Below are positions 36,729 to 46,069 of a stretch of 64,000 nt of DNA, one piece after another. The position numbers were made by a program, and so were the translations under genes. Source of the DNA: a bacterium. Its GTDB lineage: Bacteria; Patescibacteriota; Minisyncoccia; Phycocordibacterales; Phycocordibacteraceae. A model generated the notes under the pieces. That model did not search any database. It was not told where the DNA came from and worked only from the letters and a program-made list of their open reading frames with translations. Location: assembly GCA_021802705.1 (NCBI GenBank), contig JAJZRL010000001.1:20379-84378 (forward strand), in the 5' to 3' direction. Within the stretch, counting starts at the first letter, position 1. Every line of letters begins with the position of its first letter.

Positions 36729-36746
36729 TTCCTATCCACAAGAAAT

Positions 36747-37727
36747 CTACAACAAAGCGCGATAAAAGTCAATGTAAACGCCCGCAAGTTCTGCGGCGTT
36801 CTCGGCCTCCATGAGCTGCGCGCGTAGCGGAGCCGCGCCTTCAAACCCGATAACGAACGCCTTGATGTGCTTCTTGAGTATCGAAAAATTCTTCGGCGGC
36901 GAGAGCTTCTCGAAAGCGTACGCAAGCTCCATAAGCGCCGAAAATTTCTCTTCGCGCGGGACATCGTCAGCTTTTCGTCCGGCAAAAACCCACGGATTGC
37001 CGAAAAGCGCGCGACCGAGCATAGCACCGTCGCATCCCGACGCCGCAACTTTCGCCTTCGCATCCTCGAGATCGCTCACGTCCCCGTTTCCGATGAGCAG
37101 CACTTCCGGATCGACGGCATCGCGGATCTCTACCGCCTTTTTCATGAGATTCCAATCAGCCGGCACGAGCGAGAGGTCTTTGCGGGTACGTAAATGGAGC
37201 GTGATGGCGGCCGGAGCGGCCTTAAGAAGCGTCGGGAGCCACTCATCGAGAGTCTCTTTGTGGTATCCGACACGGGTCTTGACGGAAACCGGCAAGCCGC
37301 TCGCTCTTTTCGCGGCATGGATAACCGCCTGCGCGATTTCCGGAGTCCGTATCATCGCGGAACCGCAGCCTTGTTTCTCGACACTCGCATCCGGACAACC
37401 CATATTGATATCGATGCCGTCAAAACCGAGCTTCTCGATAAGGGCGGCGGCGTACGCGATCATATCGGGATCGCTTGAGAATACTTGCGCGACGATCGGG
37501 CGTTCGGCAGGGCTCTTCTTGAGGTCGCGCATGAGCGGATTCTCTTCATCAGGCACCTTCTTTATCTCGCGCGTATGGTAGAGCCCGTCCGCTGAAACGA
37601 ACTCGGTCCAGAAGACATCGGGTGCGCCGCGGGCCGCGACAAGCGCGCGAAACGCCGCATCGGTCACGTCCGCCATCGGCGCCATGACGAAAAAAGGTTT
37701 TGGCAACTTGCTCCAAAATGATGCCAT
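36747..37727 (-). CDS. tRNA-dihydrouridine synthase
   Basis: FVMAPMADVTD...INMGCP...catalytic Cys context and TIM-barrel Dus family pattern. Confidence 0.85.
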   Translation of the reverse strand: MASFWSKLPKPFFVMAPMADVTDAAFRALVAARGAPDVFWTEFVSADGLYHTREIKKVPDEENPLMRDLKKSPAERPIVAQVFSSDPDMIAYAAALIEKLGFDGIDINMGCPDASVEKQGCGSAMIRTPEIAQAVIHAAKRASGLPVSVKTRVGYHKETLDEWLPTLLKAAPAAITLHLRTRKDLSLVPADWNLMKKAVEIRDAVDPEVLLIGNGDVSDLEDAKAKVAASGCDGAMLGRALFGNPWVFAGRKADDVPREEKFSALMELAYAFEKLSPPKNFSILKKHIKAFVIGFEGAAPLRAQLMEAENAAELAGVYIDFYRALL

Positions 37728-37729
37728 GA

Positions 37730-38668
37730 TTATTTCTGGTTCCGCTTGAAATAGATCTTCCCGCTGAAGCGGAGGTCGACATATTCGAGCGTCGGATCGG
37801 AAAGGTTCAACTGCCCTTTCGCGGATACGAGCGCATTAAGAGCATTCTGTTCGTCGCCGAGAAGATAGGTGATGCGCGGACCGCTTAGGCCCTGTGCTGG
37901 GGCGGTGAGGAAGAAATCGGCCTCGTCGCCCCGGATGACGATGGTCTTGACCGCGGGACCGAGCGAACCGACTTGTCGTGCGAAATCGAAAATGGCGGGA
38001 ATCCGGTCGGCATCCCGAAGCGTCTCACCGACAGGCCCCGATGACGCGTTCGGAAGCGCGTCGAAAAGGACGAAAGGCGTGAGCGTCTGGTCGGGATTCG
38101 GTTCAGGCGGGCTTGAAGACGAGGCGGGACCCGCAGGTGAAAAGGGCTCCGTTGCCGTCGCATAGAGAAAGCCGCTCGCGTCGAAGAGGTAGCAATCGCC
38201 GCTTGCGGTAAGAGACGCTTCTGAAAGAGGAGTGCTCGCAGGCGAAGTCGTCGCGGAAGAGGAGCCGCACCAGCGAGCGACGGGCGTCCGGTCGTCCACT
38301 TTGATGGAGAGTCCGGTGAATCCGTTTCTGGATATCGAGACGGCTGCTACGCCCGTGTATGTCGAAAGTATGTCCGTGCGTATGCGTGCTTCCGGGAAAA
38401 AGAAGGTCGAGTCGCGCGGGATGATGCCGAAATAGCTTCCCCGCATGGCGGTTTCCGCTATCGCCGCGAGCGAAGGATCTGCTCCGTGCACTTCGACGCG
38501 CGAGATACGGACAGCCGGCTGCCACAACCCGTAGATCCCGATCCCTAAGAGAACGAAAAAGAGGACGGTGAGCGCGAGGAAAGAACGGTAACGACGTCTG
38601 CGGCGGCGCACCGCAAGCCGTTCATTACCGTACCCCCTCGATGCGATCCTTGCCGACATACGGCACAA
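37730..38668 (-). CDS. Cell division protein FtsQ/DivIB-like (TM + POTRA domain)
   Basis: Cytoplasmic Arg-rich N-terminus, TM FLALTVLFFVLLGIGIYGLW. POTRA-like ISRVEVHG...PVARW. Confidence 0.5.
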   Translation of the reverse strand: MCRMSARIASRGYGNERLAVRRRRRRYRSFLALTVLFFVLLGIGIYGLWQPAVRISRVEVHGADPSLAAIAETAMRGSYFGIIPRDSTFFFPEARIRTDILSTYTGVAAVSISRNGFTGLSIKVDDRTPVARWCGSSSATTSPASTPLSEASLTASGDCYLFDASGFLYATATEPFSPAGPASSSSPPEPNPDQTLTPFVLFDALPNASSGPVGETLRDADRIPAIFDFARQVGSLGPAVKTIVIRGDEADFFLTAPAQGLSGPRITYLLGDEQNALNALVSAKGQLNLSDPTLEYVDLRFSGKIYFKRNQK

Positions 38669-39902
38669 GAGCTTTCGGCACCGTGACCGTGCCGTCGGGC
38701 TGCTGATAATTCTCGATGATGGAGACGAGGATGCGCGGGGTCGGTATGGCGGTCGAATTCAGCGAGTGCGGGAATTTCAGATTCCCTTCCCCGTCGCGGT
38801 ACCGTATGTTGAGCCGCCGCGTCTGGAAATCGTGGAAATATGACGCGGAACTTATTTCCCTGTACGTGCCCTCTCCGGGAACCCAGAGCTCGATGTCATA
38901 TTTCTTCACCTGACCGAGCCCGAGGTCGCCGCCGCAGTTCACTACGGTGCGATACGGGATCTCGAGAAGCTCGATAAACTCCTCGGTATTGCGGTTAAGC
39001 TGTTCGTGCAGACGGACAGATTCATCGTGTTCGGCCTTACAGAGCGTGACCTGTTCCCATTTGAAAAACTCATGGACGCGGATGAGGCCGCGCACATCTT
39101 TTCCGTGCGCGCCCGCTTCGCGCCGGAAACAGGGAGAGAACGAGAGGAACCGGACAGAGTCCGCAGACAGGTCGATGATCTCGTTCATGTAATAAGCCAT
39201 GCTCGCGACTTCCGCCGTTCCGGCGAGATACTCTCCGTCCTGCGTCTTGTAAAGGTCCTCTTCTCCTTGCGGGAGGTAGCCGGTACCGAGAAACGCTTCT
39301 CGACGCACCAGGGAAGGAACGCTCATGGGTTCGAGCCCCTTGAGAGAGAAATGCTTGAGCGCGAGCTGCCAGACGGCGTTTGCGAGAAGGACCCCGTCGC
39401 CCTTGAGGAAATAACCGCGGAACCCCGCGACCTTCGCGCCGCGCTCGAAATCCGCGATGCCAAGCGCGGTCATGATCTCGACATGATCCTTCGGAGCGAA
39501 AGCGAACGTCGTCGGTTCGCCCCATCTCTTCACTTCGAGATTGTCCGCGTCGCTGTCGCCATCGGGTACCGATATGTCCGGGATGTTCGGTACCGTGAGC
39601 ATGAGCTTCTGCCACTCCTCCATCACGGTCTTCAGTGCCGCATCGATCTCAGCCATGCCGGACTTGAGATGCCGCATCGCTTCGAGCAGTTTTTCGCGTT
39701 CCGCGCCTTGTGCGCGGCGCATTTCGGAACTTCGCCGGTTCTGTTCGGCTTTCTTCGTATCGAGCTCGAATCGGAGCGCCTTGCGCTTGTCATCGACGGC
39801 AAGAAGCTGGTCGATATCGACATTTATATGCTTCTTCTCCGCACCGGCTTTCACGATATCGGCATTTTCCCGTATGAAATGAATATCGAGCATGTTCACC
39901 AA
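38625..39902 (-). CDS. serS: Seryl-tRNA synthetase
   Basis: N-terminal coiled-coil arm + class II motifs (FRREAGAHGKDVRGLIRVHEF, GEGTYREISS). Confidence 0.9.
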   Translation of the reverse strand: MVNMLDIHFIRENADIVKAGAEKKHINVDIDQLLAVDDKRKALRFELDTKKAEQNRRSSEMRRAQGAEREKLLEAMRHLKSGMAEIDAALKTVMEEWQKLMLTVPNIPDISVPDGDSDADNLEVKRWGEPTTFAFAPKDHVEIMTALGIADFERGAKVAGFRGYFLKGDGVLLANAVWQLALKHFSLKGLEPMSVPSLVRREAFLGTGYLPQGEEDLYKTQDGEYLAGTAEVASMAYYMNEIIDLSADSVRFLSFSPCFRREAGAHGKDVRGLIRVHEFFKWEQVTLCKAEHDESVRLHEQLNRNTEEFIELLEIPYRTVVNCGGDLGLGQVKKYDIELWVPGEGTYREISSASYFHDFQTRRLNIRYRDGEGNLKFPHSLNSTAIPTPRILVSIIENYQQPDGTVTVPKALVPYVGKDRIEGVR

Positions 39903-39916
39903 GTATACTCTACTCT

Positions 39917-40771
39917 ATGGAGATACGTGAACTCGTGCGCGAAGAGCTTCCGGAACAATTGCTCGAGATACCGCAGCCGCCGGAACGGCTGTGGCTGCGC
40001 GGGTCCTTGCCGAACCGCGGGGAAAGACTGCTTACGGTGGTCGGCTCGCGTGCGATGACAAGTTACGGGAGAGAAGCGTGCGAGAAGCTCATCGCCGGAC
40101 TTGCCGGATATCCCGTCTCGATAGTTTCCGGTCTTGCGCTCGGCATCGACACCTGTGCGCATAAAGCGGCGCTTGCCGCCGGTCTCCACACCATCGCCAT
40201 ACCGGGATCCGGTCTCGATGACAGCGTCCTTTATCCGAGGTCGAATCGCGCTCTGGCAAACGACATCGTGAAAGCCGGCGGCGCGCTCATAAGCGAACAC
40301 GAGCCGCTCTACGCCGCCCGAGCATACGACTTCCCTTCAAGGAACCGCCTTATGGTCGGGCTTGCCGATGCGGTCCTCGTCATCGAGGCCGGTCCGAAAT
40401 CAGGCACGCTCATCACGGCGCGTCTTGCAAGCGAATACAATAGGGAGCTGCTTTGCGTCCCTCATCGCATCGGCGATCCGCACGCGTTCGGCCCCCACCT
40501 TTTCATCCGCCTCGGCGCGGCTCTCGTGAGCGAACCGCTCCATATCCTCGAAGCCCTGAAGATACCTCCGCGGGAAGAAACCGAGACAACATCCGCTCCG
40601 AGACTCGAGGGTATCGAGCACGAGGTGTGGACACAGCTCGCCGAATCGAAAACGCGCGACGAAATCCTTCGCGCGGGGTTTGGCGACCCGGGAGAGGTCC
40701 TCACCGCGCTCGTTACCTTGGAACTGCGCGGGCTCATTACGGAAGAATTCGGGGCCTGGCGCAGGACGTAA
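39917..40771 (+). CDS. dprA: DNA processing protein DprA/Smf
   Basis: Rossmann-like GSRAMTSYGREACEKL...SGLALGIDTCAHKAAL pattern of DprA. Confidence 0.85.
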   Translation: MEIRELVREELPEQLLEIPQPPERLWLRGSLPNRGERLLTVVGSRAMTSYGREACEKLIAGLAGYPVSIVSGLALGIDTCAHKAALAAGLHTIAIPGSGLDDSVLYPRSNRALANDIVKAGGALISEHEPLYAARAYDFPSRNRLMVGLADAVLVIEAGPKSGTLITARLASEYNRELLCVPHRIGDPHAFGPHLFIRLGAALVSEPLHILEALKIPPREETETTSAPRLEGIEHEVWTQLAESKTRDEILRAGFGDPGEVLTALVTLELRGLITEEFGAWRRT

Positions 40772-40834
40772 AAAATGCAGAACGGGCCGCCTCATTACAC
40801 ACGGACCACTTGACCGTTCCTAGGTATACGCGTT

Positions 40835-43255
40835 ATGAGTGAACACATGAGCAAACGGCTTGTTATCGTCGAATCGCCCACCAAAGCGCAGACCATCGGC
40901 CATTATCTTGGCAAGGACTATACCGTTCTCGCTTCGGTGGGGCACGTGCGCGACTTGCCGAAATCGAACAAAGACGCGGTCGATATCGAAAACGGCTTCG
41001 CTCCACGTTATGTCGTTCCTGCCGAAAAGCGCGATATCATCGAAAAGATAAAACAAGCCTCGACGAAAGCCGACGAGGTGTATCTTGCGACCGACCCGGA
41101 CCGCGAAGGAGAGGCGATAGCATGGCACCTGAAGGAAACGGTCGGGCTCACGCGCCCGAAGCGTGTCGTCTTCCACGAGATCACCAAAACCGCCGTCGAA
41201 GAAGCGCTTGCCCACCCCCGCACGATCGACGAACACCTGCGTCGCGCCCAAGAAGCGCGGCGTGTCCTCGATCGCATCGTCGGCTACGACCTTTCCGGCC
41301 TCATCTGGAAGAAGGTACGCTACGGATTGTCAGCGGGGCGCGTGCAGTCCCCGGCGCTCCGTATCCTCGCGGAACGTGAGCGCGAGATCGAGGCATTCAT
41401 CCCGAAGACATATTTCGTATTGCAGGCGGCTTTCGGGTCAAAAGCCGGAGAATTCAACGCTGTCTGCGCCGAACAGCCCGCGACCGAAGAAGAGGCTCGA
41501 CGGATCGTACAAGCCGGACGGAGCGCTTCCTGGCATGTTGCAGCCCTTTCCGAAAAAACCGAAGAACGGCATCCTCGACCGCCCTTCACGACCTCGACCC
41601 TGCAGCAAGCGGCTTCGACACGTCTCGGTTTTGCACCGTCGCGCACGATGCGCGCCGCACAAAAGCTTTATGAGGCCGGTCATATAACGTATATGCGCAC
41701 TGACTCGGTGAACCTCGCGCGCGAGGCGGTAGCGGCGATGGCTGCCGTCATTGAAAAAGAGTATGGGAAGGAATACCTCACCGTACGAACATTCAAGACG
41801 ACGAGCAAGAATGCCCAGGAAGCGCACGAGGCTATAAGGCCGACCGAGGCGCTCCGCGCACGCGCAGGAACTTCATCGGATGAAGAACACCTCTACGAGC
41901 TCATCCGCACGCGGGCGCTTTCTTCGCAGATGGCAAGCGCACGGATCGTACGCACGAACATCGCGGCAAAAGCCGATGCCGATATACCTCTCTTCAATGC
42001 GAGCGGTTCGCGCACCCTCTTCCCCGGCTGGCTTGCGCTTGATACGAAAGCGCGCGGCGAAGATGTCGAGCTTCCGCACCTCAGCGAGGGCAACGCTCTG
42101 ACGCTCGTATCGCTCGAAGCCGAAGAGAAACAGACTGAACCGCCGAACCGCTACACCGAAGCCGGACTCATCAAAGAGCTTGAGAAGCGGGGTATCGGCC
42201 GGCCTTCGACATACGCCTCCATCATGAAGACCATCATCGACCGCGGCTATGTCGAGAAGACAGGACGGACGCTCACTCCCACCGCGACCGGCATGGTCGT
42301 TTCCGGTTGGCTCGAAAAACATTTTCCCGAATACGTAAGCGACACGTTTACCGCTACCATGGAGGACGAGCTCGACGAGATCGCGCGCGGCGAACGCGGC
42401 TACGTCGAAACGCTCAAAGAATTCTACGGTCCGTTCGAAAAAGCCGTGCACGCGAAGGAAAAATTGCCGAAAGCCACTTCGCTCGGCGATGTTCCGGACA
42501 CCTTCCCTTGTCCGTTGTGTGGAGGCCCGATGGAATACAAGCTCGGCCGCGGAGGGGTTTTCATGAGCTGCAAACGCTATCCGGATTGCACCGGCGCGCG
42601 AACGGAAGAAGGGGTCGAGTTGAAAAACGAAGAGCCTCTCGGATATCACCCCGACACCGGGGCGCCGATTTTCGTCAAAACCGGCCGCTTCGGGCCGTAT
42701 GTGGAAATGGTTCTCGAGAAAGATCCCGCATCGGCGTCGCAAGAAGGGCAGCCCTCTGGAAAGTCAGACTTTCCAGAGGGCGAAGCGCCGAAAAAGAAGC
42801 GCGGCAAGGGGCGCCCGAAGAAGGCCGCGAAGCGTGCGAGTATCCCGCCCGGTACCGACCCGAGCCGCATTACGCTTGATGATGCGCTCAAATACCTTTC
42901 GCTTCCGCGCGAACTGGGCATGCACCCTTCAACCGGCAAGCCTGTCGTCGCATCAACCGGCCGTTTCGGGCCGTACGTCGGCAGTGATGGCGAGTTTCGT
43001 TCCATCAAAAAGGGCGATCCTTACACCATCACGCTCGACGAGGCGCTCGCCCTTCTTTCCGAGCCGAAGCGGCCACCGAAAGGCGTCGAGATCGTGAAAG
43101 AGATCGGCAAGCACCCGAAAACCGGAAAGACGCTGACGCTCTATAAATCGAAACAGGGTCTCTTTCTCAAGAAGGGCCTCCGTCGTATATACCTCCCGAA
43201 TAACGCCGATCTAAGCTCTCTCACTCCCGCCGAAGCGGCCGAATATCTGAAATAA
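40835..43255 (+). CDS. topA: DNA topoisomerase I
   Basis: Toprim LVIVESPTKA. Catalytic Tyr region. Zn-ribbon CPLCGGPMEYKLGRGGVFMSCKRYPDC. Lys-rich C-terminal repeats. Confidence 0.9.
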   Translation: MSEHMSKRLVIVESPTKAQTIGHYLGKDYTVLASVGHVRDLPKSNKDAVDIENGFAPRYVVPAEKRDIIEKIKQASTKADEVYLATDPDREGEAIAWHLKETVGLTRPKRVVFHEITKTAVEEALAHPRTIDEHLRRAQEARRVLDRIVGYDLSGLIWKKVRYGLSAGRVQSPALRILAEREREIEAFIPKTYFVLQAAFGSKAGEFNAVCAEQPATEEEARRIVQAGRSASWHVAALSEKTEERHPRPPFTTSTLQQAASTRLGFAPSRTMRAAQKLYEAGHITYMRTDSVNLAREAVAAMAAVIEKEYGKEYLTVRTFKTTSKNAQEAHEAIRPTEALRARAGTSSDEEHLYELIRTRALSSQMASARIVRTNIAAKADADIPLFNASGSRTLFPGWLALDTKARGEDVELPHLSEGNALTLVSLEAEEKQTEPPNRYTEAGLIKELEKRGIGRPSTYASIMKTIIDRGYVEKTGRTLTPTATGMVVSGWLEKHFPEYVSDTFTATMEDELDEIARGERGYVETLKEFYGPFEKAVHAKEKLPKATSLGDVPDTFPCPLCGGPMEYKLGRGGVFMSCKRYPDCTGARTEEGVELKNEEPLGYHPDTGAPIFVKTGRFGPYVEMVLEKDPASASQEGQPSGKSDFPEGEAPKKKRGKGRPKKAAKRASIPPGTDPSRITLDDALKYLSLPRELGMHPSTGKPVVASTGRFGPYVGSDGEFRSIKKGDPYTITLDEALALLSEPKRPPKGVEIVKEIGKHPKTGKTLTLYKSKQGLFLKKGLRRIYLPNNADLSSLTPAEAAEYLK

Positions 43256-43280
43256 ATACGCGGGTGTATAATGGCTGCTC

Positions 43281-44882
43281 ATGACTACGGTCAAGGAGAT
43301 AGTCGCTGCGATGCACAAGCCGTCCGAAGAGGATGTGGTCTATATCGAAAAAGCCTACGATCTCTCCAGGCGAGCGCACGAGGGGCAGCTTCGCTATTCG
43401 GGCGAACCGTATTTCATCCACCCCGCCGCGACCGCGAAGCTTCTTGCCGAGTTCGGCATGGACGCGACTACGATCGCCGCGGGCCTCCTGCATGACGTCG
43501 TTGAAGACGGCAAGGCGACCCGCGAAGATATCGAAAAAGAATTCGGGAAAGAGCTCCTCTTTATCGTCGACGGCGTGACGAAACTCGGTACGCATAGATA
43601 TCACGGCGCCGAGCGCCATGCTGAAAGCCTCCGCCGGCTCCTCGTCGCGACAGCGAGCGACATACGCGTACTCATCGTGAAGCTCGCCGACCGCTATCAC
43701 AACATGCAAACGCTCGAGCACGTGCCGGAACACAAACGGCGGCGTATCGCGCTTGAAACGATCGAGATCTATGCGCCCATCGCCGACCGCCTCGGCATGG
43801 GGAAAGTGAAACGCGAGATCGAGGATCTCGCCTTCCCCTTCGTCGACCCGGATGCGGCGCGCCATACCGCCGAGGTGCGCAAACTGAAAACGAAAGAGAC
43901 GGAAGACGGTCTCGCTAAAGTAAGGAAAGAGCTTGTCCAGGAGCTTGCGAAGAAGGGTTTGGTGACATTCCGAACCGATATCCGGATGAAAGGGCTCTGG
44001 AGCCTGCATCAAAAGCTGTCGAGAAAGCATGACGATATCACGCTCATTCACGACATCGCCGCGCTGCGCATCATCGTACCGAAAATCGAAGACTGTTACG
44101 CCGCGCTCGGTATCGTGCATGCGCTCTACAGGCCGCTGCCCGGCGAATTCAAAGACTACATCGCTTTCCCGAAACCGAACGGTTATCAATCGCTCCACAC
44201 GACGGTCGTAACGCCAGAGGCGGGAATCGTCGAGATCCAAATCCGTACGGAAGAGATGCATCGGAGCGCGCAGTTCGGTATCGCTTCGCACATGTCCTAT
44301 AAGCAACTGGGGAAAGATGTCGAAAAGCTCGAGAAGGACATGCAGAAAAGCCGGTTCTCATCGCTCTCTTTCGCGTGGGTCCGGTCGCTCATCCCCTCCT
44401 TGCTGAAAGTGTCGGAAGGAGACGGCAAGAGCTCCGGCGAAACGAAAATCCCTTCGTGGCTCGCCGAGCTCGCCGAAGCGCACGCGGAAGTCGCGGGCTC
44501 GCAAGAATTCGTCGAAGGACTCAAGGAGGATTTCTTTTCACACCGCGTATTCGTCTTCACGCCGCATGGAGACGTCGTCGACCTCCCGACAGCATCGACA
44601 CCGATCGACTTCGCATACGCGATACACAGCGATCTGGGCAATCATCTCCAGGGAGCGAAGGTCAACGGCAAGCTCGTCTCGTTCGACACGGCACTCGGTA
44701 ACGGCGATGTCGTCGAGATCATACGCCGCGACTCCGCGCATCCGTCACCGAAATGGGTCGAGTACGCGAAGACGTCGCTCGCGCGGCGGCATATCCGCGC
44801 GGCGCTCGGCATAATCGAGCCGGAAAGACGGCCTCTGCGGCACCGAAACAGGAAGCATTTAAATCGTAAAACCGCTCACTGA
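43281..44882 (+). CDS. Bifunctional (p)ppGpp synthetase/hydrolase (RelA/SpoT family, HD + synthetase + TGS)
   Basis: HD motif HDVVEDG. Synthetase motif. C-terminal TGS (FVFTPHGDVVDLP). Confidence 0.85.
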   Translation: MTTVKEIVAAMHKPSEEDVVYIEKAYDLSRRAHEGQLRYSGEPYFIHPAATAKLLAEFGMDATTIAAGLLHDVVEDGKATREDIEKEFGKELLFIVDGVTKLGTHRYHGAERHAESLRRLLVATASDIRVLIVKLADRYHNMQTLEHVPEHKRRRIALETIEIYAPIADRLGMGKVKREIEDLAFPFVDPDAARHTAEVRKLKTKETEDGLAKVRKELVQELAKKGLVTFRTDIRMKGLWSLHQKLSRKHDDITLIHDIAALRIIVPKIEDCYAALGIVHALYRPLPGEFKDYIAFPKPNGYQSLHTTVVTPEAGIVEIQIRTEEMHRSAQFGIASHMSYKQLGKDVEKLEKDMQKSRFSSLSFAWVRSLIPSLLKVSEGDGKSSGETKIPSWLAELAEAHAEVAGSQEFVEGLKEDFFSHRVFVFTPHGDVVDLPTASTPIDFAYAIHSDLGNHLQGAKVNGKLVSFDTALGNGDVVEIIRRDSAHPSPKWVEYAKTSLARRHIRAALGIIEPERRPLRHRNRKHLNRKTAH

Positions 44883-45929
44883 GTACAGTTCGTCTTCGGG
44901 AGATCCTTCAGAGGGCTCTTCGGGAACCGCGGGAAGGGCGCTTTCGTCCGGAACCTGGGTGGTATTCGGGAATACCGGCGGCGGGACAAGCGTAAAATTC
45001 TTCTTTGAAGAGGAGTCTTTCGCTGTTTCCAGAGATTTCTGTTCGGCCGCAAGCGCAGCGACGAGATGGGAAAGGTCGTCCGAAGAAAAGAAGTCTATGA
45101 GGAGGCGGCCTCCCTCGGCGTTCGTCTCGATGATGACGCGGGTGCCGAGCGTCTGGGTCAGGGATTTTTCGAGCTCGACCATTTCGGGGGTTTTCCGATG
45201 ATAGGAACGCACGCGTTCCTGCGCGATCGAGCGGGCGATACGCTCGGCGGTGCGCACGGGAAGCCTTTTAAGAATGATCTCCTTAAAGAGGGTCTCGCGC
45301 TCTTCCGGGCGGTCATTGAGCGCCAGGAGCGTACGCGCATGGCCCTCGCTTATCTCTTTTTCCACGATGGCCTGCTGCATATGCTCCGGCAAAGAAAGGA
45401 GACGGAGACTGTTGGAAACATACTCGCGGCTCTTGCCGATCTTTGCCGCCGTCTCGGCATGCGAAATGCCGAATTCTTCAATGAGCTTCTGCAGCGCTTT
45501 CGCCCGGTCGATGGCGTTGAGGTCTTCCCGCTGGAGGTTCTCAATGATCGCGAGCTCGAGCTTCGTCAGGTTATTTTCGCCCTGACGTATGACTGCCGGC
45601 ACCTGCTTGAGGCCGGCGAGCTTTGAAGCGCGCAAGCGCCGCTCGCCGGCGATAAGCTCGTAGACGCTCTCGAGGCCGCCTTCCGGTTTTTCGATATCCG
45701 TGCGGCTGACAACGAGCGGCATGAGCACGCCGTATTGACGGATGCTCTCCGCGAGAGATCTCAATCCTTCTTCGCTGAAATCCTTCCGGGGCTGGTACGG
45801 GTTCGGCCGTATCCGATCGACCTCGATCCAAAAAACCGAGTCGTATTTCGTCGGTACGTAACGAGCATCTTCGTTCATAAACATCATTCTATCATGGTGA
45901 AAAAACGGCTGCGAAATGGTACTGTGCAA
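44859..45929 (-). CDS. parB: Chromosome partitioning protein ParB/Spo0J
   Basis: ParB box NPYQPRKDFSEEGLRSLAESIRQYGVLMPLVV. HTH. The true start is probably one of the internal Met (MFMNEDARY). Confidence 0.85.
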   Translation of the reverse strand: MHSTISQPFFHHDRMMFMNEDARYVPTKYDSVFWIEVDRIRPNPYQPRKDFSEEGLRSLAESIRQYGVLMPLVVSRTDIEKPEGGLESVYELIAGERRLRASKLAGLKQVPAVIRQGENNLTKLELAIIENLQREDLNAIDRAKALQKLIEEFGISHAETAAKIGKSREYVSNSLRLLSLPEHMQQAIVEKEISEGHARTLLALNDRPEERETLFKEIILKRLPVRTAERIARSIAQERVRSYHRKTPEMVELEKSLTQTLGTRVIIETNAEGGRLLIDFFSSDDLSHLVAALAAEQKSLETAKDSSSKKNFTLVPPPVFPNTTQVPDESALPAVPEEPSEGSPEDELYSVSGFTI

Positions 45930-45951
45930 TCAAGACGCGATGTTCGCGGAT

Positions 45952-46033
45952 TGCCGGGATGGCGGAATTGGTAGACGCAACGGATTCAAAACCCGTCGCC
46001 GCAAGGCATGAGAGTTCGATTCTCTCTCCCGGC
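45952..46033 (+). tRNA. tRNA-Leu (anticodon CAA), long variable arm
   Basis: GCCGGGATGGCGGAATTGGTAGACGC...loop TTCAAAA...long V-arm...GAGAGTTCGATTCTCTCTCCCGGCA. Confidence 0.8.
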
Positions 46034-46069
46034 ACAATAACGTAGAAAAAATCGGTGCCGCTCGAACCT

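Noticed and set aside
39006-40058. 350-aa plus-strand ORF
   Set aside because: Antisense to serS/dprA junction region. serS class II motifs are on the minus strand.
41873-44306. Minus-strand ORFs 41873..42742 and 43221..44306
   Set aside because: Antisense to topA and relA/spoT respectively.
43221-44882. Possible toxin-antitoxin or small-alarmone-synthetase (SAS) reading of the RelA/SpoT homolog
   Set aside because: The protein has HD hydrolase, synthetase and TGS regions in the long-form order. It is an ordinary short bifunctional Rel, not a stand-alone SAS.
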